Assembly (NCBI GenBank): GCA_965214405.1
Contig: OZ243956.1
Coordinates: 2,368,001-2,432,000, forward strand
Direction of reading: 5' to 3'
DNA: 64,000 nt
DNA from: Trueperaceae bacterium
GTDB taxonomy: Bacteria; Deinococcota; Deinococci; Deinococcales; Trueperaceae
The first letter of the stretch is position 1. The number at the start of each line of letters is the position of its first letter. Both the position numbers and the translations under genes were made by a program. Of this stretch, positions 18,501-25,837 are shown in pieces. The notes below the pieces were generated by a model. The model searched no databases. It saw only the letters and a program-made list of their open reading frames with translations, and was not told where the DNA came from.

Positions 18501-18814
18501 GCTTTTTGGAGGACGTACCCAGGGACATGCTGAGCGAGATCGACGTGTTCGGTCAAGAGATGCACGGCTCCAAGCTGTCCAAGTTCTCGCGCAACATCTG
18601 GACGCCGCCGCGGCCCGAGGCGACGGGTGCGGACGCCGAGAAGAAAACCGGGGTCGGCTTCCGGGGCGGCGAACGTGTGACGCATCCCAAGTTTGGCCCC
18701 GGCACGGTGGTGGGCGTGTCAGGGGAGGGGGCTCGAGCCGAGGTGACCGTCGTGTTCAAAGACGCGGGTCCCAAAAAGCTCCTGCTCAAATACGCCAACC
18801 TCAAGGCGGTTTAA
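15509..18814 (+). CDS. pcrA: PcrA/UvrD SF1 DNA helicase containing an intein
   Basis: AGAGSGKT, TFTNKAA, VDEYQDTN, GDPDQ|SIYAFRGA split by the intein, TLHNAKGLEF, EEERRLLYVGVTRA, C-terminal Tudor HPKFG.G. Confidence 0.95.
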   Translation: MADTVSEHPLLETLNEEQRAAVKHYEGPALVIAGAGSGKTRTVVQRIAYLMDVHEVYPTEILAVTFTNKAAGELKERVRELIGVKARDLWVSTFHSACLRILRVYGDLIGLQSGFAIYDDSDQLDVLKEIAGNVDGLGDANPRVLRALIDRAKSNLWSPSTLAEEGERQFGMMVAGLPIELLVESYRRYQERLGRANAVDFNDILGRTVELFDAHPDVLDKVQQRAVFVHVDEYQDTNTAQYRLTHLLANKYRNLMVVGDPDQCLPPGSRVLTPRGCRPIESLTEGDGVLGTGGALEPTKGRVTHVKRGHYTGPMWTVKAGGRTLRGTPHHIVLARMVPEEGYYYVYLMYRADRGYRVGLAKSLRANDEGREELGFKVRLNQEHGDKLWVLRVCDDAAEARYWEAYYAAHYGLPTTLFHGIGRNLALSEAWLKRLYAELDTVSRAEALMKDLQLHPEFPHHRPQNGLRRQSVNLVMFQDFRHGEVGYHRVQWSSIRADTAERLVEAGYPVRSNGRGGYRLELSRKNYPDALLLAKEIAACGGMELQRKAQVGGKMYHYLPLSHLHPGMRVLVEEDRRLVEKPVSEVSSAPYDGPVFDLEVDPIHTYLAEGMLVHNSIYAFRGADVRNILDFRRDYEDAKVYRLELNYRSVGSVLDLANAVILPNEGRLEKNLRPVKGAGDKVAIYRAVDHRAEADFVVRQIERLGAEKDFSPNDYAILYRTNSQSRVLEEALRRAGIPAKIVGGVGFYDRREVKDILSYARAALNPADDVSWRRILNRPKRGIGKTSEENLNAWATRKDARFSDALRHADEVLKGTPAVRKIAEFVALMDDLAEAAESLPAAPFLKAVLDQSGYMQALKDEASFDAQARTENLDELLNAVAEWQEEAGGSIAEFLDEAALLASVDDRAVKAVNSEIPEEAVTLMTLHNAKGLEFPVVFLVGLEENLLPHRSSTASLQEIEEERRLLYVGVTRAQEALFLVHCESRMTFGRTEPARPSRFLEDVPRDMLSEIDVFGQEMHGSKLSKFSRNIWTPPRPEATGADAEKKTGVGFRGGERVTHPKFGPGTVVGVSGEGARAEVTVVFKDAGPKKLLLKYANLKAV
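16298..17353 (+). mobile_element. Intein (352 aa) in PcrA helicase motif III
   Basis: Starts CLPPGSRV (block A); TPHH (block B); VFDLEV (block F); ends VHN with Ser+1; removal restores GDPDQSIYAFRGA. Confidence 0.95.
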
Positions 18815-18972
18815 CTGTGTGTCAAGATGTGAACAACCTCACAGTGAGGGAGCCCTGGGGGATTTTGTTATAGTTCATCAAAGATGTATCTGGAGACGGG
18901 CTTAAAGAGTTTCATTAAAGAAAGGTATCGCGCCAAAACGCGTGTGTGAGGGAGAATAGATGAGGAGAAACC

Positions 18973-19782
18973 GTGAACGCTAAAGCCATCGTCGTGACCT
19001 CGGGCAAGGGCGGGGTGGGTAAAACCACGACCACCGCCAACGTGGGGGCGGCGCTCGCGCAGTTGGGGGAAAAAGTCGCGGTCATTGACACCGACGTGGG
19101 GCTCCGGAATCTGGACGTGGTGATGGGCTTGGAGGGCCGCGTCGTCTTCGACCTTATTGATGTGTTCGAGAGCCGCTGCCGTCTCAAACAGGCCTTGATT
19201 CGTGACAAGCGTGTGGACAACCTCTACTTGCTCGCGGCCTCGCAGACGAACGACAAGAGCGCCCTGTCCGAAGAGCAGATGAAGCGCACCGTCACGGGGC
19301 TTTTGGAAGAAGAAGGCTTTGACCGCGTGCTCATCGACTCACCCGCGGGCATCGAGTCGGGCTTCAAAACGGCGGCGAGCGCGGCGCAAGGGGCGCTGGT
19401 GGTGGTGAACCCGGAGGTCTCGAGCGTCCGAGACGCAGACCGCATCATCGGCCTCCTGGAAGCGCGCGAGATTACTGAAGTAAAATGCATCATCAACCGC
19501 TTGCGCCCGGAGATGGTCAAGCGCGGCGATATGCTGGAAGTCAATGACGTGCTGGAGATTTTGGGTATCAAGCTCCTGGGCGTTGTGCCCGAGGACGAAA
19601 AAATCTTGATTTCGACCAACATCGGCTCGCCTATTTCTTTATCCGACACCGCCAAGGTGGGCGCGGGGAGCGCGTTTAGGGACATCGCCCGGCGCATCCA
19701 GGGTGAAGAGGTGCCGCACCCCGACAATCAACCCCAGCCCGGCTTTTTGTCCGGCTTGCGCCGCCTCTTTGGAGGGAGCTGA
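18973..19782 (+). CDS. minD: Septum site-determining ATPase MinD
   Basis: SGKGGVGKTT, DVGLRNLD, PEVSSVRDADR, C-terminal amphipathic helix. Confidence 0.96.
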   Translation: MNAKAIVVTSGKGGVGKTTTTANVGAALAQLGEKVAVIDTDVGLRNLDVVMGLEGRVVFDLIDVFESRCRLKQALIRDKRVDNLYLLAASQTNDKSALSEEQMKRTVTGLLEEEGFDRVLIDSPAGIESGFKTAASAAQGALVVVNPEVSSVRDADRIIGLLEAREITEVKCIINRLRPEMVKRGDMLEVNDVLEILGIKLLGVVPEDEKILISTNIGSPISLSDTAKVGAGSAFRDIARRIQGEEVPHPDNQPQPGFLSGLRRLFGGS

Positions 19783-20018
19783 TGTTCGGACTTTTCGGAC
19801 GCAAAAAGAGCAAAGACCAGCTCAAAGACCGCCTCAAGCTCGTGCTCTCGTACGACCGCGCCAAGCTGAGCCCCGGAAAGATGGACGAGCTCAAGCACGA
19901 ACTCTTAGAGGTCATCAGCAAGTATTTTCCCGCCCAGGAGAACGAGTACGACGTGAAGTTGGAGCAGCAGGGCGACCGCATGGTGATGGTTGCCAATTTG
20001 CCCGTCCAGAATTCTTAG
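19782..20018 (+). CDS. minE: Cell division topological specificity factor MinE
   Basis: KDRLKLVLSYDR, ELLEVISKY, ANLP; coupled to minD. Confidence 0.93.
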   Translation: MFGLFGRKKSKDQLKDRLKLVLSYDRAKLSPGKMDELKHELLEVISKYFPAQENEYDVKLEQQGDRMVMVANLPVQNS

Positions 20019-20034
20019 ATGTCCAGCTTTGCGT

Positions 20035-20514
20035 GTGATTGACTTTTCAGCGCCCGGCGTGGCGGACGCGTGGGCGGCGGTTGACGACGTGGTGATGGGC
20101 GGCGTGTCGGAGAGCGCCTTACGCGCTTCTCCAGACGGCGCTGTGTTCGCGGGCCACCTCTCCACCGACGAGGGCGGCGGCTTCGCGTCGGTGCGCTCTC
20201 CCGAGGGTGTGTTTAGTTTTGACGGCGCGGCGGGGCTCCTCTTGCGGATACGTGGCGACGGCAAGCGCTACTATCTGAGGCTTTATACCGGAGATACCGA
20301 CGCCGCCTACGAGGCTCCTTTTGACGCCGCATCCGAGTGGACGGACCTAAAGCTGCCTTTTAGCGAGTTTCGCGCGGTGTGGCGGGGCCGCGACGTGCCA
20401 GGTGCGCCGCCCCTCGAGCCCGCCCACATCACAAACGTCGGCCTGATGATTAAAGACGAGCAGGTCGGGGAGTTTAGGCTCGAACTCACCCAAATTGAAC
20501 CGTATATCGATTAG
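20035..20514 (+). CDS. CIA30 family protein
   Basis: W..VDDVVMGGVS, GGFASVR, RGDGKRY. Confidence 0.88.
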   Translation: MIDFSAPGVADAWAAVDDVVMGGVSESALRASPDGAVFAGHLSTDEGGGFASVRSPEGVFSFDGAAGLLLRIRGDGKRYYLRLYTGDTDAAYEAPFDAASEWTDLKLPFSEFRAVWRGRDVPGAPPLEPAHITNVGLMIKDEQVGEFRLELTQIEPYID

Positions 20515-20645
20515 CTCCTGCCACCACACGCTGAAGGCTCACCGGCTCCCGAAACGTGCACCACACCACCCACACATTGTGAGTTAGCCCATCGTCTGGT
20601 TTATTTTCTATAGTAATCTAAAAAGTGTTTCTGAAGGAGGAACGT

Positions 20646-21326
20646 ATGCCAACCCATATACTTGTTACTTTTTATAGCACCTACGGTCACACCCACAGAA
20701 TGGCGCAAGCGGTTCAGGAGGGCGCGGCGGGCGTGTCGGATGTAGAGGTACGCTTGACTCGTATCCCTGAGCTCGAGGCCGCCCGTCAGGCGATGCAGGG
20801 CCAAGACGCCTACCAGCAGGCGCAGGAAGCGATGTCGAATCTTACCGAAGTTACCCATGACGACTTGCGCTGGGCGGATGGCGTCATCTGGGGTACGCCG
20901 ACGCGTTACGGCAACATGACCGCGCAGATGAAGCAGTTTCTCGACACCACTGGGCCTCTGTGGCAAAAGGGCGAGCTCGAAGACAAGGCCACGGGCATCT
21001 TTACGAGCACCGCGACCATCCACGGCGGGCAGGAATCGACCATCCTCACATCATTGGTGCCTATGTTGCACCTGGGGATGATTTTTGTGGGCACGCCTTA
21101 TGGGCAGAACCCGCAAATCATGACGACCGAGGGTATCGGCGGCTCGCCGTACGGTCCGGCGACGCTCGCGGGCGGGGACGGCTCGAGACAGCCCGTCGCG
21201 GACGAACTGACCACCGCGCGCAACTTGGGCGCACGCGTCGCCAAGGTCGCCTCACGCCTCAAGGGGCTGCGCAGTGGAGACCAACACGGGCAGCAGGATG
21301 AAGCGGACACCTACACGAACGAGTAG
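20646..21326 (+). CDS. wrbA: NAD(P)H:quinone oxidoreductase WrbA
   Basis: YSTYGHT, GTPTRYGNM, HGGQEST, GGSPYG. Confidence 0.93.
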   Translation: MPTHILVTFYSTYGHTHRMAQAVQEGAAGVSDVEVRLTRIPELEAARQAMQGQDAYQQAQEAMSNLTEVTHDDLRWADGVIWGTPTRYGNMTAQMKQFLDTTGPLWQKGELEDKATGIFTSTATIHGGQESTILTSLVPMLHLGMIFVGTPYGQNPQIMTTEGIGGSPYGPATLAGGDGSRQPVADELTTARNLGARVAKVASRLKGLRSGDQHGQQDEADTYTNE

Positions 21327-21460
21327 GTCTGGCTTACGCGTTAACACTACCGGGCACCGTACAGCACCGGGTTTTTATATCAACCACAGATGTTACACTA
21401 CCTCTCTGGATATTTCGCGTTAAGGTCAAGCAAAGCGAGAAGATTAGGGGAGGAGACGCG

Positions 21461-22003
21461 ATGAACATTTACAGACTGATCGGTCGCAACATCGACGTGA
21501 GCGACGCCATGCGCTCGTACGCCGAGGAGAAGCTGGGTAAGCTCGACCGCTTTTCGGACCAGATCATCGACGCCAAGGTGGTCATGTCTTACGCGCAGGA
21601 CAACAGCGCGCCCGCCAAGGTCGAGGTGCAGCTCAACGTGCCCAACGGCATGGTGCGCGCCGAGGAGAGCGGGCAGGACCCCTACGCGGCGGTCGACATG
21701 GTGGTCGACAAGCTCGAGCGCCAGCTCAAAAGGTTCAAGGGCAAGACGATGGCGAAGCGCACCCAGGACGAGCCGCCCCCCCCGCCGCCCCTGCCGCCGC
21801 AAGACGACGAGCCCGAGCCGGACCCCGCGATCGTCCGCACCAAACGCCACGTGCTCCGCCCCATGACGCCCGAGGACGCGGCGATGCAGATGGAAGCGCT
21901 CGGCCATTCTTTTTTCATGTTCCACAACGCCGAGTCAGACCAGGTTAACGTCATCTACCTGCGCCAAGACGGCGACTACGGGCTGCTCCAGCCGGACGTT
22001 TAG
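21461..22003 (+). CDS. hpf: Ribosome hibernation promoting factor (long HPF)
   Basis: GRNIDVSDAMRSYAEEKL, D.YAAVD....LERQL; C-terminal PMTPEDA..QME.LGH.F. Confidence 0.93.
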   Translation: MNIYRLIGRNIDVSDAMRSYAEEKLGKLDRFSDQIIDAKVVMSYAQDNSAPAKVEVQLNVPNGMVRAEESGQDPYAAVDMVVDKLERQLKRFKGKTMAKRTQDEPPPPPPLPPQDDEPEPDPAIVRTKRHVLRPMTPEDAAMQMEALGHSFFMFHNAESDQVNVIYLRQDGDYGLLQPDV

Positions 22004-22085
22004 ACCTCAGCGAATCGTCCGCGGACTTGCCCCTGCGTTATGTAGAGAGCTATACGTAAGAGTCAGCCGTCGTCGCGCCTTGTAA

Positions 22086-22145
22086 AATCCCCCAGCACGG
22101 GAGACGCAGACAAGTCCCCCTTAATAAGGGGGATTTAGGGGGATT
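22086..22145. repeat. REP-like nested inverted repeat between convergent genes
   Basis: AATCCCCC...TCCCCCTTAATAAGGGGGA.TTAGGGGGATT. Confidence 0.55.
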
Positions 22146-22256
22146 GGTTTCGAGCAAGATGCGTCCGCGCCCGCCGGTCTCAGCACCAACCTTGCTTCAG
22201 GCACGTCGCGGAGTTGTCTTGTGAGGTGGTCACGGCGATTACTTTGGGGTGAAACG

Positions 22257-23069
22257 TTATTTTCTCAGCACGATGCCGCTCGGCAGCGCGTAGAGCGCGC
22301 GTAAAGTTGCCACGTCGCGTTCGCTCACCCGCCCGCTCGGCACGGCGCTCATCGCGTCGCCCTCGAAGGGAGAGCGGCCCAAGAGGCCCAGTGCGTGGCC
22401 TATCTCGAGCAGCGCGTAGCGGTAGAGGTCGTCGGGGGGCGTGTCCGGGTCGAGCAGGATTTCGGTGGCGCGAAAGCGGTAGAGGCCGTTCTCGAGGACC
22501 GAAAAGGTGTAACGGTAGGAGCCGACCTTGTCCGCGGGCAAATCTTGCCACACCACCTTCAAGGCGCTCTCCTCCGGCGTCTCGGCGGTGCGGAAGCGGA
22601 TGAGGTCGGGCACCGCCTCCTGCCAGGCGTTGAGCGCGCGCACGACCTCGTCGCGGCGCGCGGCGTCTCTGTCCACTTCGGAAACGTCAATGCCAAACCC
22701 GCCCGTGAGCGAAGCGTTAGCGCCCACGTCTCCGCCGGAACCGCCCGTGCCAAAACCACTTACGCCTGAGCCCCCGGTGACCGCACCGCCCGAGGCGTCA
22801 TCGCGCCGCGCGTCAGGAATAGGCACATAAACCGTAATGGGCATGTCCTGCGGCAGGTAGTGAAGCAGCCGCGACGCGCCGCGTGTCGTCTGGGGGTCGC
22901 TGCCGCTATACTGCAAATAGGTTTGCGGCTCCTCGAGCCCTTGTTCTTGACCCTGTTGTTCTTGACTCGCTTCCGCCTGGGCGGGTGCTGTTTGAACGAA
23001 GGCTGCCCGGCCCGCTTTCGTTTGCGCTAGCGGCGCCACAAGAGCGAGCAGCAGGAGTAAAGACTTCAT
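22257..23069 (-). CDS. Secreted matrixin/M10-like protein with degenerate zinc motif
   Basis: Signal peptide; LEIGHALGLLGRS...DAM, S.RD..TL.ALY. Confidence 0.7.
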   Translation of the reverse strand: MKSLLLLLALVAPLAQTKAGRAAFVQTAPAQAEASQEQQGQEQGLEEPQTYLQYSGSDPQTTRGASRLLHYLPQDMPITVYVPIPDARRDDASGGAVTGGSGVSGFGTGGSGGDVGANASLTGGFGIDVSEVDRDAARRDEVVRALNAWQEAVPDLIRFRTAETPEESALKVVWQDLPADKVGSYRYTFSVLENGLYRFRATEILLDPDTPPDDLYRYALLEIGHALGLLGRSPFEGDAMSAVPSGRVSERDVATLRALYALPSGIVLRK

Positions 23070-23154
23070 CGCGCCTCCAAAGCTATAGATGGTGAATATA
23101 CAACACGGTTGTGACCGTTTACATCTCGTAAATAGCTAGGCACGTAGTATACCC

Positions 23155-23823
23155 TTAGAGCCGGTAACCGGGAGGCGGCGCGGGTTTAGCAAAGCGGCGC
23201 ACCGTGAGCGCGCCGAATAGAAACCCGCCGACGTGCGCCCAGAACGCCACGTCGTTCACCGCCCCCGGCCTCACCACCAGGCCCCCGGCCTGCACGAACT
23301 GGATGAGCGCCCAGTAGCCCAAGTAAAACCAGGCGGGCAGCCAGAAGAGGAAAAGGGGCGGCACGAAGGTGAAGATGCGCTGCCGCGGAAAGAGCACGAG
23401 GTAAGCCCCCAACACCGCGCTCACCGCGCCCGACGCGCCGATCATCGGCACCGCCGACGCAAGCGAAAAAAGACCGTGGACGAGCGTCGCAAGCACGCCG
23501 CCTACGAGATAAAAGATTAAGAATCCGACGTGACCCAGCCGGTCTTCGATGTTGTCGCCAAAAACCCACAAGAAAAACATATTGCCAAGAATATGAACCA
23601 CGCCGCCGTGAAGAAACATACTGGTAAGGAGCCGATACAGATTGGCGACGGGCGCTTCGAAAAAAAGGCTGGGGACGAAGCCGTAGTCGTAAACAAAACG
23701 CAGCGCCGCGCGGTCCGAGCCGAGGCTCAAGCCGTAGACGAATACGGCCACGTTGACGAAGAGCAAAAACCACATCACGAAGGCGGGGCCGTGCCGCGGG
23801 TTGGCATCGTGAAGGGGAAACAT
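23155..23823 (-). CDS. Rhomboid intramembrane serine protease
   Basis: FLHGG..HI.GNM, GASGA, AHVGG. Confidence 0.93.
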   Translation of the reverse strand: MFPLHDANPRHGPAFVMWFLLFVNVAVFVYGLSLGSDRAALRFVYDYGFVPSLFFEAPVANLYRLLTSMFLHGGVVHILGNMFFLWVFGDNIEDRLGHVGFLIFYLVGGVLATLVHGLFSLASAVPMIGASGAVSAVLGAYLVLFPRQRIFTFVPPLFLFWLPAWFYLGYWALIQFVQAGGLVVRPGAVNDVAFWAHVGGFLFGALTVRRFAKPAPPPGYRL

Positions 23824-24007
23824 GCCTTAGTCTATCAAGATACGTCCACAAACTTCGGTGACGCAACGGCTTTGGCAGATTTTTATCAAAGGCGTCATAA
23901 AGCCGTCAGAAGCTTTTGGAGAGGCGAACGTAACGAGGGCTGAATCTGAAAAGAACCTCTGGGTCCTTTTCTCTAGTTTCTGTTCTGTTTCTTTGCCTCA
24001 CTGAGAC

Positions 24008-24679
24008 TTAACGCTCGAGCCCCCCATACTCCAAGGGCTGACGCAGCTTGACGATAGTGTCCGCAGGAACCACACCCCGCAGCATGACGCCGCTGTAGAT
24101 CAGAGAGCGCGGCCCCACCACCGTGCCAGGCGCGAGCACCGCGTTACAGCCCACGAAAACGTCGTCGCCCAAGGCCGCGCTGAATTTTCTTAGACCCGTG
24201 TCCTGGCCCGCCACCTTGACCGCTTTGCCGCCCGGCTTGAAATTGGCGAGCTTGACGCCCGCGCCTAAGTTGACGTTGCGGCCCAGCACGGCGTCTCCCA
24301 CATAGTTGAAATGCGGAGCTTTGGCACCCTCCAGAAGGAGCGCGCGCTTGACCTCGCTGCTGTGACCGACTTTGGCCCCTGGGGCCAAAACGACGCCGCC
24401 CCGCAGAAAAGCGCCGTGATGCACTTCGGCCCCCTCACCAAGCCAGGCGGGACCCTCAATACACGCGTGCGGCCCGACCACCGCGCCCGGGGCCAGATAA
24501 ACCGGCCCGGAAAGCACCGCCGTCGGGTGAACCGCGCCAGCGAGGGTGGGGCGTTGGTCCTCCAAACCCGCCAAAAAATCGTCGATGCGGGCCAGAATGT
24601 CCCACGGCGCGGCAACGTCTAAGAGCTCTTTTAGGGGATCGGCAACGCTCGAGATGTCGAAGAGGTCTTGGGTGTTCAT
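24008..24679 (-). CDS. Hexapeptide-repeat acyltransferase (GlmU C-terminal-like)
   Basis: GHSSEVK, APHFNYVGD..LG..VNLGAG, TGLRKF. Confidence 0.85.
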   Translation of the reverse strand: MNTQDLFDISSVADPLKELLDVAAPWDILARIDDFLAGLEDQRPTLAGAVHPTAVLSGPVYLAPGAVVGPHACIEGPAWLGEGAEVHHGAFLRGGVVLAPGAKVGHSSEVKRALLLEGAKAPHFNYVGDAVLGRNVNLGAGVKLANFKPGGKAVKVAGQDTGLRKFSAALGDDVFVGCNAVLAPGTVVGPRSLIYSGVMLRGVVPADTIVKLRQPLEYGGLER

Positions 24680-24842
24680 AAAGCAACTTTACCTCACGCT
24701 CCCACTTTAGGAAGAGCTCAAGAACGCGCTCGAGCCGCTCAGTTTACATACATTCCTTACGGAACGCGTCAGGCGTTACGATGGAGCATTCTTTTGAGGA
24801 GTCAACGCGACCTATGATTCATCACCTCCCCCATTACCTCCC

Positions 24843-25721
24843 GTGTACCACCTTATAGTCAACCCCACGGCGGGGCGTGGGCGGGCGCTCGCCGGACTGC
24901 CACGGGTCGAGGACGCTTTCAAAGCGCGCGGAAAGCCGCTCGAAGTTCACATCACCCAAGCGCCGGGCCACGCCACAAGCCTCGTCGCCAGCTTGTCCGA
25001 AGACGCCCTCGTCCTCTCTCTGGGCGGCGACGGCACGCTGCACGAGGTCGCGCGCGCCTGCGTCAACACCGCGCGCACGGTGGGCGTGCTGCCCGCGGGG
25101 TCAGGGGACGATTTCGCTTTTGCGCTGGGTATAGGCCGCCGCACGCTTGACGAAGCGCTGGCGGTCATCTTTGCGGGCTATATCAAACAAGTAGACACGG
25201 GGACGGTCAACGGTCGCCCCTTCGTCAACACGCTCGGCGTCGGCTTTGACGCCGAGGTGGCGCAGACGGTACGGAGTGCGCCGCCCTTTCTAAGGGAGCG
25301 CGCGGCGTACGTTTGGGCGGTGCTGCAAACGTTGCAAAGGCTCGAGACCCCCCACGTCACAGCAAAAGTCGACGGCCACACCTTTTACCACGGCCCGGCG
25401 CTGCTGGCGTCCGTTCAGAACGGCCCCCGCACCGGCGGCAGCTTTCTTTTCGCGCCCCCCGCGCGGGTGGATGACGGGCGGCTCGAGCTCATCATAGCGG
25501 GCGCGCTCAAGAGGCGGGCCATCCCGAACCTTTTGGCGAGGGTCATGAAGGGTCAACATCTGAACCACCCGGAGGTGCGCCTTGTGAGCGGGAAACGCAT
25601 TGAGCTAGGCTGGGAAAAACCGCGCGTGGCGCACATGGAGGGGGAGCTTTTAGCAGCCGAGACATCCTTTGATATCAGAGTTTGTCCGGCGTCACTTCGT
25701 GTTTTTGCTCGAGCGGACTAG
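24843..25721 (+). CDS. Diacylglycerol/lipid kinase family (YegS/DgkB-like)
   Basis: NPTAGRG, GGDGT, P.GSGDDFA, G.GFDA, DDG.L. Confidence 0.88.
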   Translation: MYHLIVNPTAGRGRALAGLPRVEDAFKARGKPLEVHITQAPGHATSLVASLSEDALVLSLGGDGTLHEVARACVNTARTVGVLPAGSGDDFAFALGIGRRTLDEALAVIFAGYIKQVDTGTVNGRPFVNTLGVGFDAEVAQTVRSAPPFLRERAAYVWAVLQTLQRLETPHVTAKVDGHTFYHGPALLASVQNGPRTGGSFLFAPPARVDDGRLELIIAGALKRRAIPNLLARVMKGQHLNHPEVRLVSGKRIELGWEKPRVAHMEGELLAAETSFDIRVCPASLRVFARAD

Positions 25722-25753
25722 CGCGGCGCAAGAGAATCTAAAGAGCAGCATAA

Positions 25754-25785
25754 AAGAAGCGCCCCGCGGTTGCGGGGCGCTTCTT
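25754..25785. terminator. Bidirectional intrinsic terminator (slpA / lipid kinase)
   Basis: AAGAAGCGCCCCGC-ggtt-GCGGGGCGCTTCTT perfect stem. Confidence 0.8.
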
Positions 25786-25837
25786 AGCGAGATGAAACTT
25801 TTAGGACCGAACTAAACCTACGGGTTAAACCGAGTGT

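Noticed and set aside
18973..20018. Absence of minC beside minDE
   Set aside because: minC can be encoded elsewhere; one window cannot show loss
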